From NCBI RefSeq assembly GCF_006345805.1, contig NC_042999.1, positions 127,534,001 to 127,598,000 of the forward strand: a stretch of 64,000 bases of DNA. Reading direction: 5' to 3'. Positions within the stretch are counted from its first letter, which is position 1, and each line of letters opens with the position of its first letter. Origin of the DNA: Octopus sinensis (lineage: Eukaryota). Positions 31,674 to 45,128 of the stretch are shown one piece after another. The position numbers were made by a program, and so were the translations under genes. The notes below the pieces were generated by a model. The model ran no database searches. It was not told the DNA's origin and saw only the letters and a program-made list of their open reading frames with translations.

Positions 31674-33421
31674 CTAAGCAATAAAGGGTTTAGCAACGAA
31701 TTGCCTTACCACATACCGAATTTAGAAATAGCAGTCAAAGGGTTTTAGCTATTTCTTCTACTAAAAAGGAGATCTCAGTAAAAACAGCAATTTGAAGGCA
31801 GACACAAACAGGTAAGAGAGAATGAATTGACGGCAATCTATCATACATTTTTAAGTTATCTACGGACGTACGTTTCGAAATCAAGTTTTTAGGAAAGCAT
31901 AAGAATCAAATATTAAATATTAAATAATTCTATCTTACCGAAACTTCTTTTCTCTTCAGCGTAGAATACTATAATCATAAATGATTATATATTGAATTTT
32001 GAGATACTAGAAGGCACCAACTCAACTCAGTATCAGAGCGAGCTAGAATCCGCAACTAGTATCACCGAATTCAATTTGTGAATGAAACGATTGTGTCACC
32101 AGCCCCTTCCCACCCGCGTGTAGCCAAAACAAGATGCTGTGGTCATCTACTGAGATAAAATATGGTTATCCGTAATAATGAAGGGTGAAATTAATTAATT
32201 TGGAATAATTATCAATTACACCAAGTAGTCTTCGGCATGTAAAAGCCTCATTCGAGGAAAATTTAAGTAATACTAAGCAATAAAGCTGGTGACACAATCG
32301 TTTCATTCACAAATTGAATTCGGTGATACTAGTTGCGGATTCTAGCTCGCTCTGATACTGAGTTGAGTTGGTGCCTTCTAGTATCTCAAAATTCAATATA
32401 TAATCATTTATGATTATAGTATTCTACGCTGAAGAGAAAAGAAGTTTCGGTAAGATAGAATTATTTAATATTTAATATTTGATTCTTATGCTTTCCTAAA
32501 AACTTGATTTCGAAACGTACGTCCGTAGATAACTTAAAAATGTATGATAGATTGCCGTCAATTCATTCTCTCTTACCTGTTTGTGTCTGCCTTCAAATTG
32601 CTGTTTTTACTGAGATCTCCTTTTTAGTAGAAGAAATAGCTAAAACCCTTTGACTGCTATTTCTAAATTCGGTATGTGGTAAGGCAATTCGTTGCTAAAC
32701 CCTTTATTGCTTAGTATTACTTAAATTTTCCTCGAATGAGGCTCTTACATGCCGAAGACTACTTGGTGTAATTGATAATTATTCCAAATTAATTAATTTC
32801 ACCCTTCATTATTACGGATAACCATATTTTATCTCAGTAGATGACCACAGCATCTTGTTTTGGCTACACGCGGGTGGGAAGGGGCTGGTGACACAATCGT
32901 TTCATTCACAAATTGAATTCGGTGATACTAGTTGCGGATTCTAGCTCGCTCTGATACTGAGTTGAGTTGGTGCCTTCTAGTATCTCAAAATTCAATATAT
33001 AATCATTTATGATTATATTATTCTATGCTGAAGAGAAAAGAAGTTTCGGTAAGATAGAATTATTTAATATTTAATATTTGATTCTTATGCTTTCCTAAAA
33101 ACTTGATTTCGAAACGTACGTCCGTAGATAACTTAAAAATGTATGATAGATTGCCGTCAATTCATTCTCTCTTACCTGTTTGTGTCTGCCTTCAAATTGC
33201 TGTTTTTACTGAGATCTCCTTTTTAGTAGAAGAAATAGCTAAAACCCTTTGACTGCTATTTCTAAATTCGGTATGTGGTAAGGCAATTCGTTGCTAAACC
33301 CTTTATTGCTTAGTATTACTTAAATTTTCCTCGAATGAGGCTTTTACATGCCGAAGACTACTTGGTGTAATTGATAATTATTCCAAATTAATTAATTTCA
33401 CCCTTCATTATTACGGATAAC
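31671..33421. repeat. 599-bp-monomer tandem repeat (~2.9 units) with an internal inversion
   Basis: atactaagcaataaag recurs at 31671 and 32270; ctggtgacacaatcg recurs at 32286 and 32885 (period 599). 32286-33421 is the reverse complement of the first block. (TA)n on both flanks. Confidence 0.95.
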
Positions 33422-33729
33422 TATATATATATATATATATATATATAATGTTTTTGTGTGTGAAACAATGTGTGCATGCTTGTGCTTCCTTGTATTCCCA
33501 TCATCAGCTGCCAAACAGATATCACCATGGTTTCAACACCTGGGCAGTACTATTCAACCTGGCAGTGTCAGCAGCATTAAAGATATAAACACTGCTTGGA
33601 AATCCATCAGCTTATTACAAGTAACAACATCAGAGTAAACACATAGTGATAAGTTATAGCTACTAAATAGTACTTTATCACAAAAGAACTTATTCCAAAA
33701 AGGACATTCAGACAATGCAACAAATGAGT

Positions 33730-34060
33730 GAAGGCACTTGGCTTAGTGGTTAGGTTATTCGGCTTATGATCTTAAGCTTGTGAGTTCGATTCCCGGTGGT
33801 GTCTTATGTCCTTGATCAAGACATTTTAACATTTTATTTCATGTTGCTTGTTCACTCAACTACCAAAAATAAGTAGTACCTGTATTTCAAAGGGCTAGCC
33901 TTGTCACATTCTGTGTCATGCTAAAAGTCCCTGAGAACTACATTAAGAGTACGCATGTTTGTGGAATGCTCAGCCACTTGCAAGTTAATTTCGCGAACAG
34001 GTTGTTCCACATCAACTGGAACCCTTGTTGTTGTAACCAGTGGAGTGCTAGTTTATTTGT
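33730..34060 (+). mobile_element. tRNA-derived SINE with CORE-like domain
   Basis: Box A tggcttagtgg, box B gagttcgattcc, then ccttgatcaagacatttt...tttcatgttgct. Confidence 0.7.
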
Positions 34061-34156
34061 GTGTGTATTTATAATACACATATTACCTTGGTTGTTATGA
34101 ATAGGAGAAAAGAACTCAATTTGTAATGTAGACTATATATCTATGTATAATAGTTG

Positions 34157-34362
34157 AAGGTGGTGAGCTGGCAGGATCGTTAGCATGCCAGGCTTAGCTG
34201 CATTTCACCTGTCACTATGTTCTGAGTTCAAATTCTGCTGAGGTCGACTTTACCTTTTGTCCTTCTGGGTTGATAAAGTAAGTACCAGTCATGCACTGGG
34301 CTCAATGTAATCAACTACTCCTTCCCCCAAAATTCTGACCTTGTGCCAAAAGTTTGAAATCA
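34157..34362 (+). mobile_element. SINE family B
   Basis: Family match. Confidence 0.75.
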
Positions 34363-34863
34363 GAAATCAATATTTGAAAGGATTTCAGAAACAAAAGAAA
34401 AACAAAAAAATATATAAAAACAGCAGTAAGAAAGAAGTGCAAAAAATGAGTTTTAATGTTTCAGGCAGCTGTCCTTCATCAAGAAAAAGAAAAGAAGAAC
34501 AAAGGAAATAAAAAAGAAAATAATGTTTCTAAGCACTGCATGGTATTATTGTAAGTGGTATTATTGCAGCTCTTAAACAATAGTATGTGGCTCTTACAAT
34601 AATATCGTTCCATTGCCTTCTTGGAACTTTCTTTTTCTTTCCATTTTCTTCTCTGCTTTTCCATGTTGAAGGACAAATGTCCTAAACATTACTGTCATTT
34701 GCTCTCCTTTTCTTCCTTAAAGCAGAAAACTGTGTAACTGTGTGCATTACTTCTTTTTTTTTTCTTCTTGAGAAGTTTTCTATGGATTATCCCTGATGGC
34801 TTAAACTGATTGCAGTCAATTTTAATTCTATGGATTATTTATTATCATTCATAAGATATTATA

Positions 34864-35068
<205 letters not shown>

Positions 35069-35280
35069 AGAATTTTTTGTGTAATAAGATAAAAAAAAAA
35101 ATCAAGGCTGTATAGATATTAGAGCATTTATAGATAGGTCTTACAGCTGTTTCTAGGATATTAATTAATAATATCCCTTCATCGGAGACGGTGTGAGAGG
35201 ATGTTCTGCTGATGAGATTAACTGGAGCACTTGTTGTTACCAATAGAGTGACAGTAACTAACTAACTATATAGACTATAG

Positions 35281-35863
<583 letters not shown>

Positions 35864-36531
35864 GAGAGAGACACACACACACCTGCAAATTTTAATACAA
35901 GAAGATGGATTGAACAGGCTTCATTATAGATCACTACAATTGTTTTAACACATCATTATAAGCTGTTAATTGTTAAATGTTACATAAATTATATGCAATA
36001 TTTTATTAATATGATTTAACAGCATTTGATAGCCGGTTCCTGGAGAGGAGCTTTGGAAAGCAAGCTATAAGGTTATTACCCAGATTATATTGATATAGGA
36101 ATACACACACATGTGTATATGAGTAAAGGTCATTAAAATCAATTTGTAAATGTCTATTTCATTGTAACATAGTCTCATGAACTTATATACAGATCTTTCC
36201 ATCTATGCAAAACAAATATTAGCAGGTCTCTATTGGGTCAGCTAGCTGACAGATGCTGCAATATATCATCAGTTAATCAGTGTAGTGATTTAAAAGCACC
36301 ACTTGGTCTGTTTGTTCCAGGCATAGACTGAGAAACACTCTGCTATGGTACCTGTTGCCACAGGACTTTGCTAGACTATATTGGCAATAATAAAGATTAT
36401 TTCAGTTAAATGTGTTTGTTACTTAGACATAACCACAAACGAAACTGTAACAAGTATTCACAAAAAAGAATATGTGATTTATGTATGGGTCAAAGGTTGA
36501 AGCCAAATATTATAAACACAAAGATATGAAT

Positions 36532-36568
<37 letters not shown>

Positions 36569-36913
36569 AAGGCATGACCCATATCAGAGAGTGTGTTGAT
36601 TAATGTCAGAATCTAAGTAGAAATACATGGTATAGAAATTAGCCTTGCCATAACAGCTAAGTTCTAATTTGTGCTTGATGTAAATATATGACAAGCTTCA
36701 AGCTCCTTTTGTGGATAGAGAAATGAATTGATGAGTGGTCATTTGGCTGCAAAATATGTCAGGGTAATCTCCTTCATTTTTTTCTGTATGAAAAAGGAAT
36801 AACAAAATGTATTCACGTCTGTTTACACTTCCAGAAGTAAAATTTAAAAACCTATGATTTCAGTACTTCACATGCATTTATGTGTATATTGTGTGTGTGT
36901 GTGTGTGTGTATA

Positions 36914-38118
36914 CAGGGATTGGACAAAATAATGGAAACACCTAAAAAATATCATAGCATCATAATTTTGAAATAGCTGTAAAACCGTCAAAAGCTTGTT
37001 TATTTTTATGTTTTTTGATTTATTATTAGTGTTGCTTAATATGTTTTGCTAAAATTGCTGTTTCTTTTCAGATATTATCAGTAAAAGGTAATTAAAATTC
37101 ATTAAATTAACAGATCTATTGGGCTGTCAAAGAGGTCAAATTGTTGGTGCTCCTATGGCAGGCGCTAGCGTAATGAAAACACCTGAAATGTTTGGTGTAT
37201 CAAGAAGTACTGTCTTGAAAGTAATGACAACCTTTGAGAAAGAAGGAAAAACCTCCTCATCAAAACAAAACTCTGGAAGTAAACCAAAACTTCCAGATAG
37301 GGACCATCGGACTCTTACACAAATTGTTAGAAAGGATCACAAAAGTATAGCTCCCAAAATTACTGCAGAAGGTGCATGGATTTCATGGGGGGAGGGCTGC
37401 AAACAGAAAACCACTACTTTCAAAAACAAGAGCAGGTAAAAACCTACAGAATTGGTCCCTAGAGCAGTAGAAGATGTTATTTTCTCGGACGAGTCATCTT
37501 TTACCTTAATTCTGACCACCAGCTGAGTATAGGTATGGAGGCACCCAAAAGGAGCATTTGACCCAGACTGCCTTCTTCCAACTGTTAAACATGGAGGAGG
37601 ATCTGTGATGATCTGGGGAGCTATATCCTGGAAATCTGCCACCCTAATGGTTTCTCTTCATGGTAGAATTAATAGTCAAGACTATTTAAGCATTTTATCT
37701 GATCGAATTCATCCTATTGTTGCGGGACTGTTTCCAGAGGGAAATGGTATCTTTCAGGATGATAATGCACTAATTCACACAGCTAAAGTTGTTAGTGAGT
37801 GGCACGAGAAACATTCTAGTGAAGTTGAATATCTTATCTGGCCACCACAGTCCCCAGATGTCAATATTACTGAACATTTATGGTGCATTTTAGACAAACA
37901 AGTTAGGAGTTGGTATCCTCCAACAACATCACTACAAGAACTGGAGACTGTTTTAGCTGAAGAATGGACAAAGATTCCTTTGGAAACAATTCAAACCTTG
38001 TACGAGTCCATATGTCATAGTATTCGAGCTGTAATTACTGCCAAAGGTGGCCCTACCCCATATTAAAATAAATTTGTTAGAAATTTTAAGGTGTTTCCAT
38101 TATTTTGTCCAACCCCTG
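36914..38118 (+). mobile_element. Tc1-like DNA transposon with DD36E catalytic spacing (Incomer-like); transposase pseudogenised
   Basis: Terminal inverted repeats cagg(a/g)ttggacaaaataatggaaacacct (~30 bp) flanked by TA at 36912-13 and 38119-20. Motifs: QRGQIVGA...VSRSTV (HTH), FSDES, KHGGGSVMIWG, FQDDNA...WPPQSPDVNITE with 36 residues between D and E. Contains stops, frameshifts and an internal deletion near 37365. Confidence 0.93.
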
Positions 38119-38911
38119 TATATATATATATATATATATATATATGAATTATACACATATACACATGCACTTAATAGTTTATTTTTGATACTGAATCTCA
38201 AGTTATAAATATGTTTATATTCAAAATGAGTTATCGTATTCAATTTTATGCAAAATTTTTTCTTTTTCTTTCTTTTTTCATTTTTTAATTTATATGTTTA
38301 TTTTGTTAGTCAGTATTTCAAGTGTGGAGCAAGTGATTTATTTTTAGCTAATCGTAGACTTGGTTTAAAACATTTTCCTTTTTCTTCCTTTTTCTTATCT
38401 TCCTGTAGAAACCTATAATTAAATAGAAAAAATGTTTAGTTAATCAAATTTGCTAACCGTGCATTAAATTTGCTTTCCTTTACCACCTTGGCTTCAGTTA
38501 AGGACTTATTTTGAATATTTCTTTTACATAACATTTTATTACCAAATTATAATTATTGTCCTTTCATATTGGACAAAAGACTGCCTTGTATTCTTCCGAT
38601 CACATTATCAAGGCAAATTATTTAAGAAAATAGAAAAGGTTTATGTTACTTAAGTAGGGTTAAAACTTAAAATTTTCTTATAAGAAAGAGGAGCTTAATA
38701 TATATTTTGTCTTTCATTTTTGAGAGAAAATTTGGGGGATTTCATATTTTAAATCTTTAGTATGTTCTGAAGTATTTGAAACTTCTTTCAATACTGCAAT
38801 TTCAGTTTGAGTGCAGGCATGACTGCGCAGTTAAGTAGTTCACTTCATGATCATGTTGATCTTACTGCTTGGTACTTTGGGCAAATGTCTGCTACTATAA
38901 CCTCGGATTGA

Positions 38912-38966
<55 letters not shown>

Positions 38967-38973
38967 TATATAT

Positions 38974-39007
<34 letters not shown>

Positions 39008-39593
39008 TATGAATAGATGCACTTGTGTGTGGTGGGGGAGGCATAGCTGTATGATTAAGAAGATCACTTTGTTACCATTTGGTTTCTGGTTCAGTCTCAC
39101 TATGTGGCAGCTTGGGCAAGTAAAAGATAAACAATATATGTGTATGTATCTGTATTTTATGTGTGTGTGTAAGTCTTTTGTCAGTATATATCAGGGAAAG
39201 ATGTAAATTATTAAGAAAATTAGAGCTTACAAACTAAAGTGCACCGTGTTCTGTCTGAACTTCACAGATAATCCCTTGTCACTGTTGCCATTAAAAATGA
39301 TGTGAACTAGTGATTGCACTGTCAAGAATATATAACTAAAGAAACTGTTGTTCACCAATTGCATAATAAAATATATATGAAATCATCCTTTTTTAGAATA
39401 GCTTATCTCAAAGTACACATATAAAACTTTAAACAATAGCATGTAAATACTGGGTTGAAGATCCCTTTGGATAGAAAAAGTTGAAGGCTACACATGGGAC
39501 CTACACCTCCTGTAGGCATGCTGTTGTTTGCAGTTTTATATGTGCATTTTGAAATATACTATTCTATGTAGGGATTATTTTATGTTCTCTTGA

Positions 39594-40020
39594 TATCTTT
39601 TATCTTTTACTTGTTTCAGTCATTAGATTGCAACCATACTGGGGCACGACCTTGAATTTTTTTTAGTCGAATGAATTGACACCAGTACTTATTTTTTTTA
39701 AAGCCTGGTACTTGTTCTATTGGTCTCTTTGCCGACCCACTAAGTTACAGGAATGCAAACACACCAACACTGGTTGTCAAGCGTTGGTGGAGAGACCAAC
39801 ACAGACACAATGACATGCACACTTATCTATATATATATATACACACACATACAATGGGCTTCTTTCAGTTTCTGTCTACTAAATCCACTCACAAGGCTTT
39901 GGTCAGCCCAAGGTTATAGTAAGGAAGATGCTTGCCCAAAGTGCTACACAATGGGACTGAACTTGGAACCGTGTGACTGGGAAGCAAGTCTCTTACCACA
40001 CAGCCACGCCTGTGCCTGTA
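39594..40020 (-). mobile_element. SINE family A
   Basis: Family consensus match, CpG-decayed. Confidence 0.82.
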
Positions 40021-40589
40021 GTTTATAAAAGTCTTATGGCATGAATAAAATACATATTAACATAATAGGTTTTATTTCCCCTGAATATTTCTCATGTACA
40101 ATGTTATATGTAACCACTGGGTTTCACATTGTATGTAAGAAGGGATGTCCTTCGGTCTAACAACTACAATCACTCTAATAAATAGAGCATCTAGTTTCCT
40201 TTTCAAGTATGGGAAGCTTGATGGAAAAGAGTGAACAAAAAAAAACCCAAAAAAAAAAAAGAATTGTTTCTGACAGATTCAAAGTGTAGTTGATATTTAC
40301 TTTATTCCGTTCAGTAAATTTAGGTTGATTATTCATGTTACCATTTCTTGAAACTCCAGGATTCTGAAATCTGCCAAGCATACATACATCAATGACTACA
40401 AAGAGTTGTTTTTGATGTTAGTCTGTCACTTTTGCTTTGCTTTATTTTTCGTATCTTGAGGATAAATACAATGTCTTTTTGCATCCAAATCACCTCTGGT
40501 CATTTTTGTGAAGTTTGTTGCTGGGATATAGTGACAAATTTGTTTGTTTGCTTTCTCATTTATAAATTAGTCCTGGGAGAAGAGACAGT

Positions 40590-40810
40590 ACACATAACTA
40601 CTGTTGGCCTTCTCAGGTTAAGGAGATGAATATATCTGATGTCCTGCTTGAATACATACAGACCATTGTCTTCAAGGAAAATATGACCCAGGAAGAAACC
40701 ATGGTGGGAATCTGGTTTCAATACTTGCAACAGCTCGAATTCTGTTAAAAGCATCCGAAGACCAAGTGCTGGTGTTAAACTCGGTAGCATATAAGGACAA
40801 GGAACTCCAG
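40590..40810 (+). mobile_element. Possible ancient RTE ORF2 C-terminal remnant
   Basis: One frame reads HCLQGKYDPGRNHGG...ILLKASEDQ, loosely resembling the RTE LQGK..G.R.RG...AEDR pattern. Confidence 0.35.
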
Positions 40811-41299
40811 CCCCCCCCCCCCCCATAAGCAAATCTTGTCCAAGATGAACCACTGGCAGTCTTCAGTGGACATAAGAGCACACCAATTATATTTGTGCAT
40901 GTATTGATGTATAAATATATTTTTGCTTTATATTGCCTACTGGCCTAGTAAAGTTAGCATCTTTAACTAACCAACCAAAAGAAATATTGCTTTCTCACCT
41001 GTTCTTAATCATTATCTATTTAGAAGCAATGTCATTTGTTGACATATTTGTGTTGAAATACACTGCCTTTGTTTTAATTAATTCTGAAAACAGGAGTTTT
41101 GTGAAAAAATTGTAATTATCGAGTTGTTGTTTGAAACATAAATTAACATGAACTTTTAATGGAAAGTTTTAATTTAGATGACTTTGAAGCAGGAAGTTTG
41201 CATCAAAGGACCAAGGGCAGTTTTAGGCAAGTTGTTATCAAAAGGGTTAACAGGGTGGTTGTAGTCAGTTGTCTCTCTTAGATTGGTTGTTTATTATTA

Positions 41300-41500
41300 G
41301 AGCTGCAGAATCGTGTTAGTATGCTGGACAAAATACTTTCCAGCAATTTGTCCTTTTTTTATGTTCCTGAGTTCAAATCCCACCAAGGTCACCTCTGCAT
41401 TTCATCCTTTTAAGGTTGATAAAATAAGTGCCAGTTAATTACTGGGGGTTGATGTGACTGACTAAAATTTCAGGCTTTGTGCTTATGATAGAAAAAATTA
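41300..41500 (+). mobile_element. SINE family B, degenerate
   Basis: Family match. Confidence 0.65.
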
Positions 41501-42171
41501 TTAGTACTGTTGTGTCACCAAAGACTGGTCCTTCAGGTTCACTTGCATTACATTGGTGGTAATAAATATAGTTTATTTTCTTTAGATCTTCCTTTAATGA
41601 CTTAAGGCTTTGGATAAGCCTAAAATATATTCTAGAATAGGATGCAACAGTTTTTATGAGTAAACAGTATCAACTATACCAACAAAATTATAAGTGGGTA
41701 CTAAATCCAAAACAGGATGTTAAATTCAACACAAATAAAAATATATATTAAACAAAAGAATACAAAACAAACTATTTAATTCTATATCTCAAATATCATC
41801 ATATTTTTCAAGGTTGTTTTTGCTTTGTTGTTGCTGAAGAGAAGGGATTTACCATTACCAATTCCAAAAGCTACCGTCATGGCAATGTATGTTTTATAAT
41901 TAGCCAACCGAGAGCTTTTTAAGCAATGAGAAAATAAATACATTATCTGAACAATTTTCTTAATTAATTTCACAAACTAATATTATTATTTTCTTCTGTT
42001 TTGCTATAATATAAAATCCTGACTTATTGATTACTTTCAGTTCTTTTTCTGTTTTTAACCTCCATATTTTTCTTATACTGTCAGCTTTTGTGCAAGCAAT
42101 ACATGCACGTGTGCTTGAGCGTGTGCACATGTGCTTATACAGTGTGCATGTTTGCATATAAGTGTATGCAT

Positions 42172-42218
<47 letters not shown>

Positions 42219-42674
42219 TACGCACGCATATGTGTGTGTATATGTGTTTGTATGCATGTGTGTGTGTGCATATGTGCAGTTTAGCTAATTTGTAAATTAA
42301 TCCTAAATGATTTTACTATTGATTGAGATATTTTCCTCTTTGCTTAATGTCACTGCAACCCAATGATAAGTTAAAACAGATGAATTGTTACAGGTAAAGC
42401 TGGTTGTTTACTAACCAAATGTTTAACTAGTACTAAGTCCCATGCTGCTTAACATACCACATTTATGTTCTTCTCTCTGAATGAACAGAAGCAAAACAGA
42501 AAGCCACAAACAAAGATGTTAAATAACTAGGCCAATGACCTATCTTCTAGGTCAGATGTGCAGAAAGTCTGTCGTTGGTGTTTCTTTAACTCTTACAATG
42601 GTTTTGACATTTTACTTTTTAACATGATAATTATGTGTATTTGGTGGATTTTTTTATATATATATATATGTATG

Positions 42675-42706
<32 letters not shown>

Positions 42707-42719
42707 TAATATATATATA

Positions 42720-42757
42720 TATAAATATACACACACATACATTCATACATTGTTTAT

Positions 42758-42793
<36 letters not shown>

Positions 42794-42822
42794 AATATAC
42801 ACACACATACATTCATACATTT

Positions 42823-42861
<39 letters not shown>

Positions 42862-42895
42862 TACACACACATACATTCATACATTTGTTTATTTA
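42720..42895. repeat. Three copies of aaatatacacacacatacattcatacatt(t)gttta separated by variable (TA)n
   Basis: Copies near 42723, 42793 and 42857. Confidence 0.9.
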
Positions 42896-43569
42896 TATAA
42901 ACACATATATATATAAATATACAACAGTTTATTTATGTATATGCAGATATACATTTATATATATATATATACTCACACACACATTTACTTATACATGCTC
43001 TTTTACTCTTACATATATTCATATATCATTTACACACATACACACACACAGTCTCTCTCTCTCCCCCACAAAAGCACACATACACACACTTGCTGTACTT
43101 TGCTTTCAATCATTACAACTAAGGATGCCATTGGATGTATTTTGATCGTCTCCCAATCACTCTTTTGTGCTGCATACTTGCACAAGTTCCACCTACTTTC
43201 AGTTCTTCCTCTTACAATCCCTCTGGCTTGTCTCCACAACCTATGTATATGTAGGTGATTGATTAATTGGACCACTTGTGCCCATTTCACTCTGCCATTG
43301 CTGTCCCTCATGTACTGTTTGTCATCACTCATGTCACTTTCTCTGACAACATACTCTTACTCCTTTTTTTTTTTTTGCACCCTGGGCCTCTGTCATCTCT
43401 CTATTTCTTGGATCACATAAGCTTCTCTATTTTAGGGTGCCTTGAATATATGAACTTACCTTAGAATATTGTGAAGTGCATATGGCTTAGTGGTAAAGTT
43501 ATTTAGTAAAGATTTTTGCTTCACAACCCTGTAAGGTCTGGCTTTAGTTTCACTGTGTAACTCTTGGAC

Positions 43570-43943
43570 CAAAGCTTCGCAAGTGAAATTTTGTGGGAAT
43601 TAATGCAGCAACTCGTCCGGCAGCTTATTCCATGGATCCGCAACCCGGATGGAGAAAGCCCCTCTCCTTCGATTGAGATGAAATCGTCGCAGATAGAACT
43701 TTTCGGAGTGACCCCGCAGCCGATGCTCTGGAGCAGGAGTGAAGAACAAACAGCTCTTTCGAGAGGTTACACTTTCCGCTTATGATGTTGTGAGCAAGAA
43801 TGAGATCACCACGGCGTTGTCGTTTTTCTAGAGAATAAAGGTCAAGCGTCTTCAGCCTTTCTTCATAAGACAAATGCTTGAGACCAAGAACCATGCGGGT
43901 AGCCAGCTTCTGGACTCTTTCGAGATGATGTATGTCTTTGAGG
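43570..43943 (-). mobile_element. CR1-clade LINE ORF2 C-terminal fragment
   Basis: DIHHLERVQKLATRMVLGLKHLSYEERLKTLDLYSLEKRQRRGDLI, plus a downstream PWNKLP motif typical of the CR1 ORF2 end. Confidence 0.88.
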
Positions 43944-43963
43944 AGATAAGGAGAAGAGGCTTA

Positions 43964-43995
<32 letters not shown>

Positions 43996-44129
43996 CGCAC
44001 ACACACATGCACACCACATTATCAGATGTTCCGACATCTCTCTAGTCACAATACACTTTGCATTGTTTTAGTCTTTGAATGATACCATGCTGCTGGCAAG
44101 GTGAGTAGGTCAATATTTCCCCCCTGATA

Positions 44130-44620
44130 GAAAGGGGGACATGGTGCTTTTTATGTGTTACCAGCACGGGAGCCAGTCAAGACGGTGCTGGCATTGGCCA
44201 TGTTCGGATGGTGCTTTTTTACATGCCACTGACACAGAAGCCAATCGGGGTGAGGGGGCTGGCATCGACCACGTATGGATAGTGCTTTTTACTTGCCACC
44301 GGCACAGGGGCCACAACTACAATTTCCATTTGATTGTGATTTGATTTCGTTTTGGTGTTGATGTACTTGACTCAATAGGTCTCCTCAAGCACAGAATGTC
44401 ACCCTATGATCCAAGGGTACTTTTTGAGTTGGCTGGTTATGCTACACTGGTGTAGGTTACAGCTGTGATCTCACTTTATTTGCCGGGTCTTCTCAGTCGC
44501 AGCATATCTCCGGAGGTCTCTGTCTTTCGTCATTTCCTCTGTGAGGCTCAATGTTCAAAGGTCATGCTTCACTGCCTCATCCCATGTTTTCCTGGGTCTC
44601 CCTCTACCCTGGATTCCTTC
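44130..44620 (-). mobile_element. RTE-clade LINE 3' end (ORF2 end plus 3'UTR)
   Basis: EGIQGRGRPRKTWDEAVKHDL*TLSLTEEMTKDRDLRRYAATEKTRQIK*, followed by UTR modules (tggcacgtaaaaagcac-like). Confidence 0.85.
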
Positions 44621-44621
44621 T

Positions 44622-44913
44622 ACTGTTACTCAGAGTTTCACGTTCCCGTTCGTCGGACAGTTTTGTTTAGAATGGAACAAAACTAAGGCTATAGGCAAAC
44701 ATATACAATTAGTTTAATGGATACACATTTGAAAATGGTTTTGTTTCATTGGTCCTTTCAACTAATGGTCTTTACAATGAAAGGACCAATGAAACAAAAC
44801 CATTTTCAAATGCATATCCATTAAACTAATTGTATATGTTTGCTTATAACCTTATTTTTCTTCCATTCTAAACAAAACTGTCCGAACGGAAACATGAAAC
44901 TCTGAGTAACAGT
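44622..44913. repeat. Fold-back inverted repeat (arms 139 and 136 bp, 17-bp loop)
   Basis: 44622-44760 pairs with 44778-44913 with scattered mismatches; loop actaatggtctttacaa. Confidence 0.93.
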
Positions 44914-45025
44914 TTTTGTGATATTTTTGCTGCTTTTTAATAAAGCATATTACTCTATCTCTGGTATTTGAGTACTATTTTCCCACCTTGTTTTGCATTT
45001 ATATGCTTACTCTGGTATATATATA

Positions 45026-45128
<103 letters not shown>

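Noticed and set aside
33736-33800. tRNA-like sequences with A and B boxes (also at 46365 and 43478)
   Set aside because: No proper acceptor stem, and they continue into SINE bodies; these are SINE heads, not tRNA genes.
40570-40747. Phase-compatible open frame as a candidate downstream exon of the 23-kb gene
   Set aside because: Weak acceptor, ends in a stop, and an overlapping frame resembles decayed RTE ORF2.
42552-42620. Candidate exon SDVQKVCRWCFFNSY after tcttctag
   Set aside because: No good donor, and it runs into microsatellite; CxxC alone is insufficient evidence.
42720-42895. Three ~35-bp repeats separated by spacers (CRISPR-like layout)
   Set aside because: Spacers are plain (TA)n, the context is eukaryotic and there are no cas genes; it is a slippage minisatellite.
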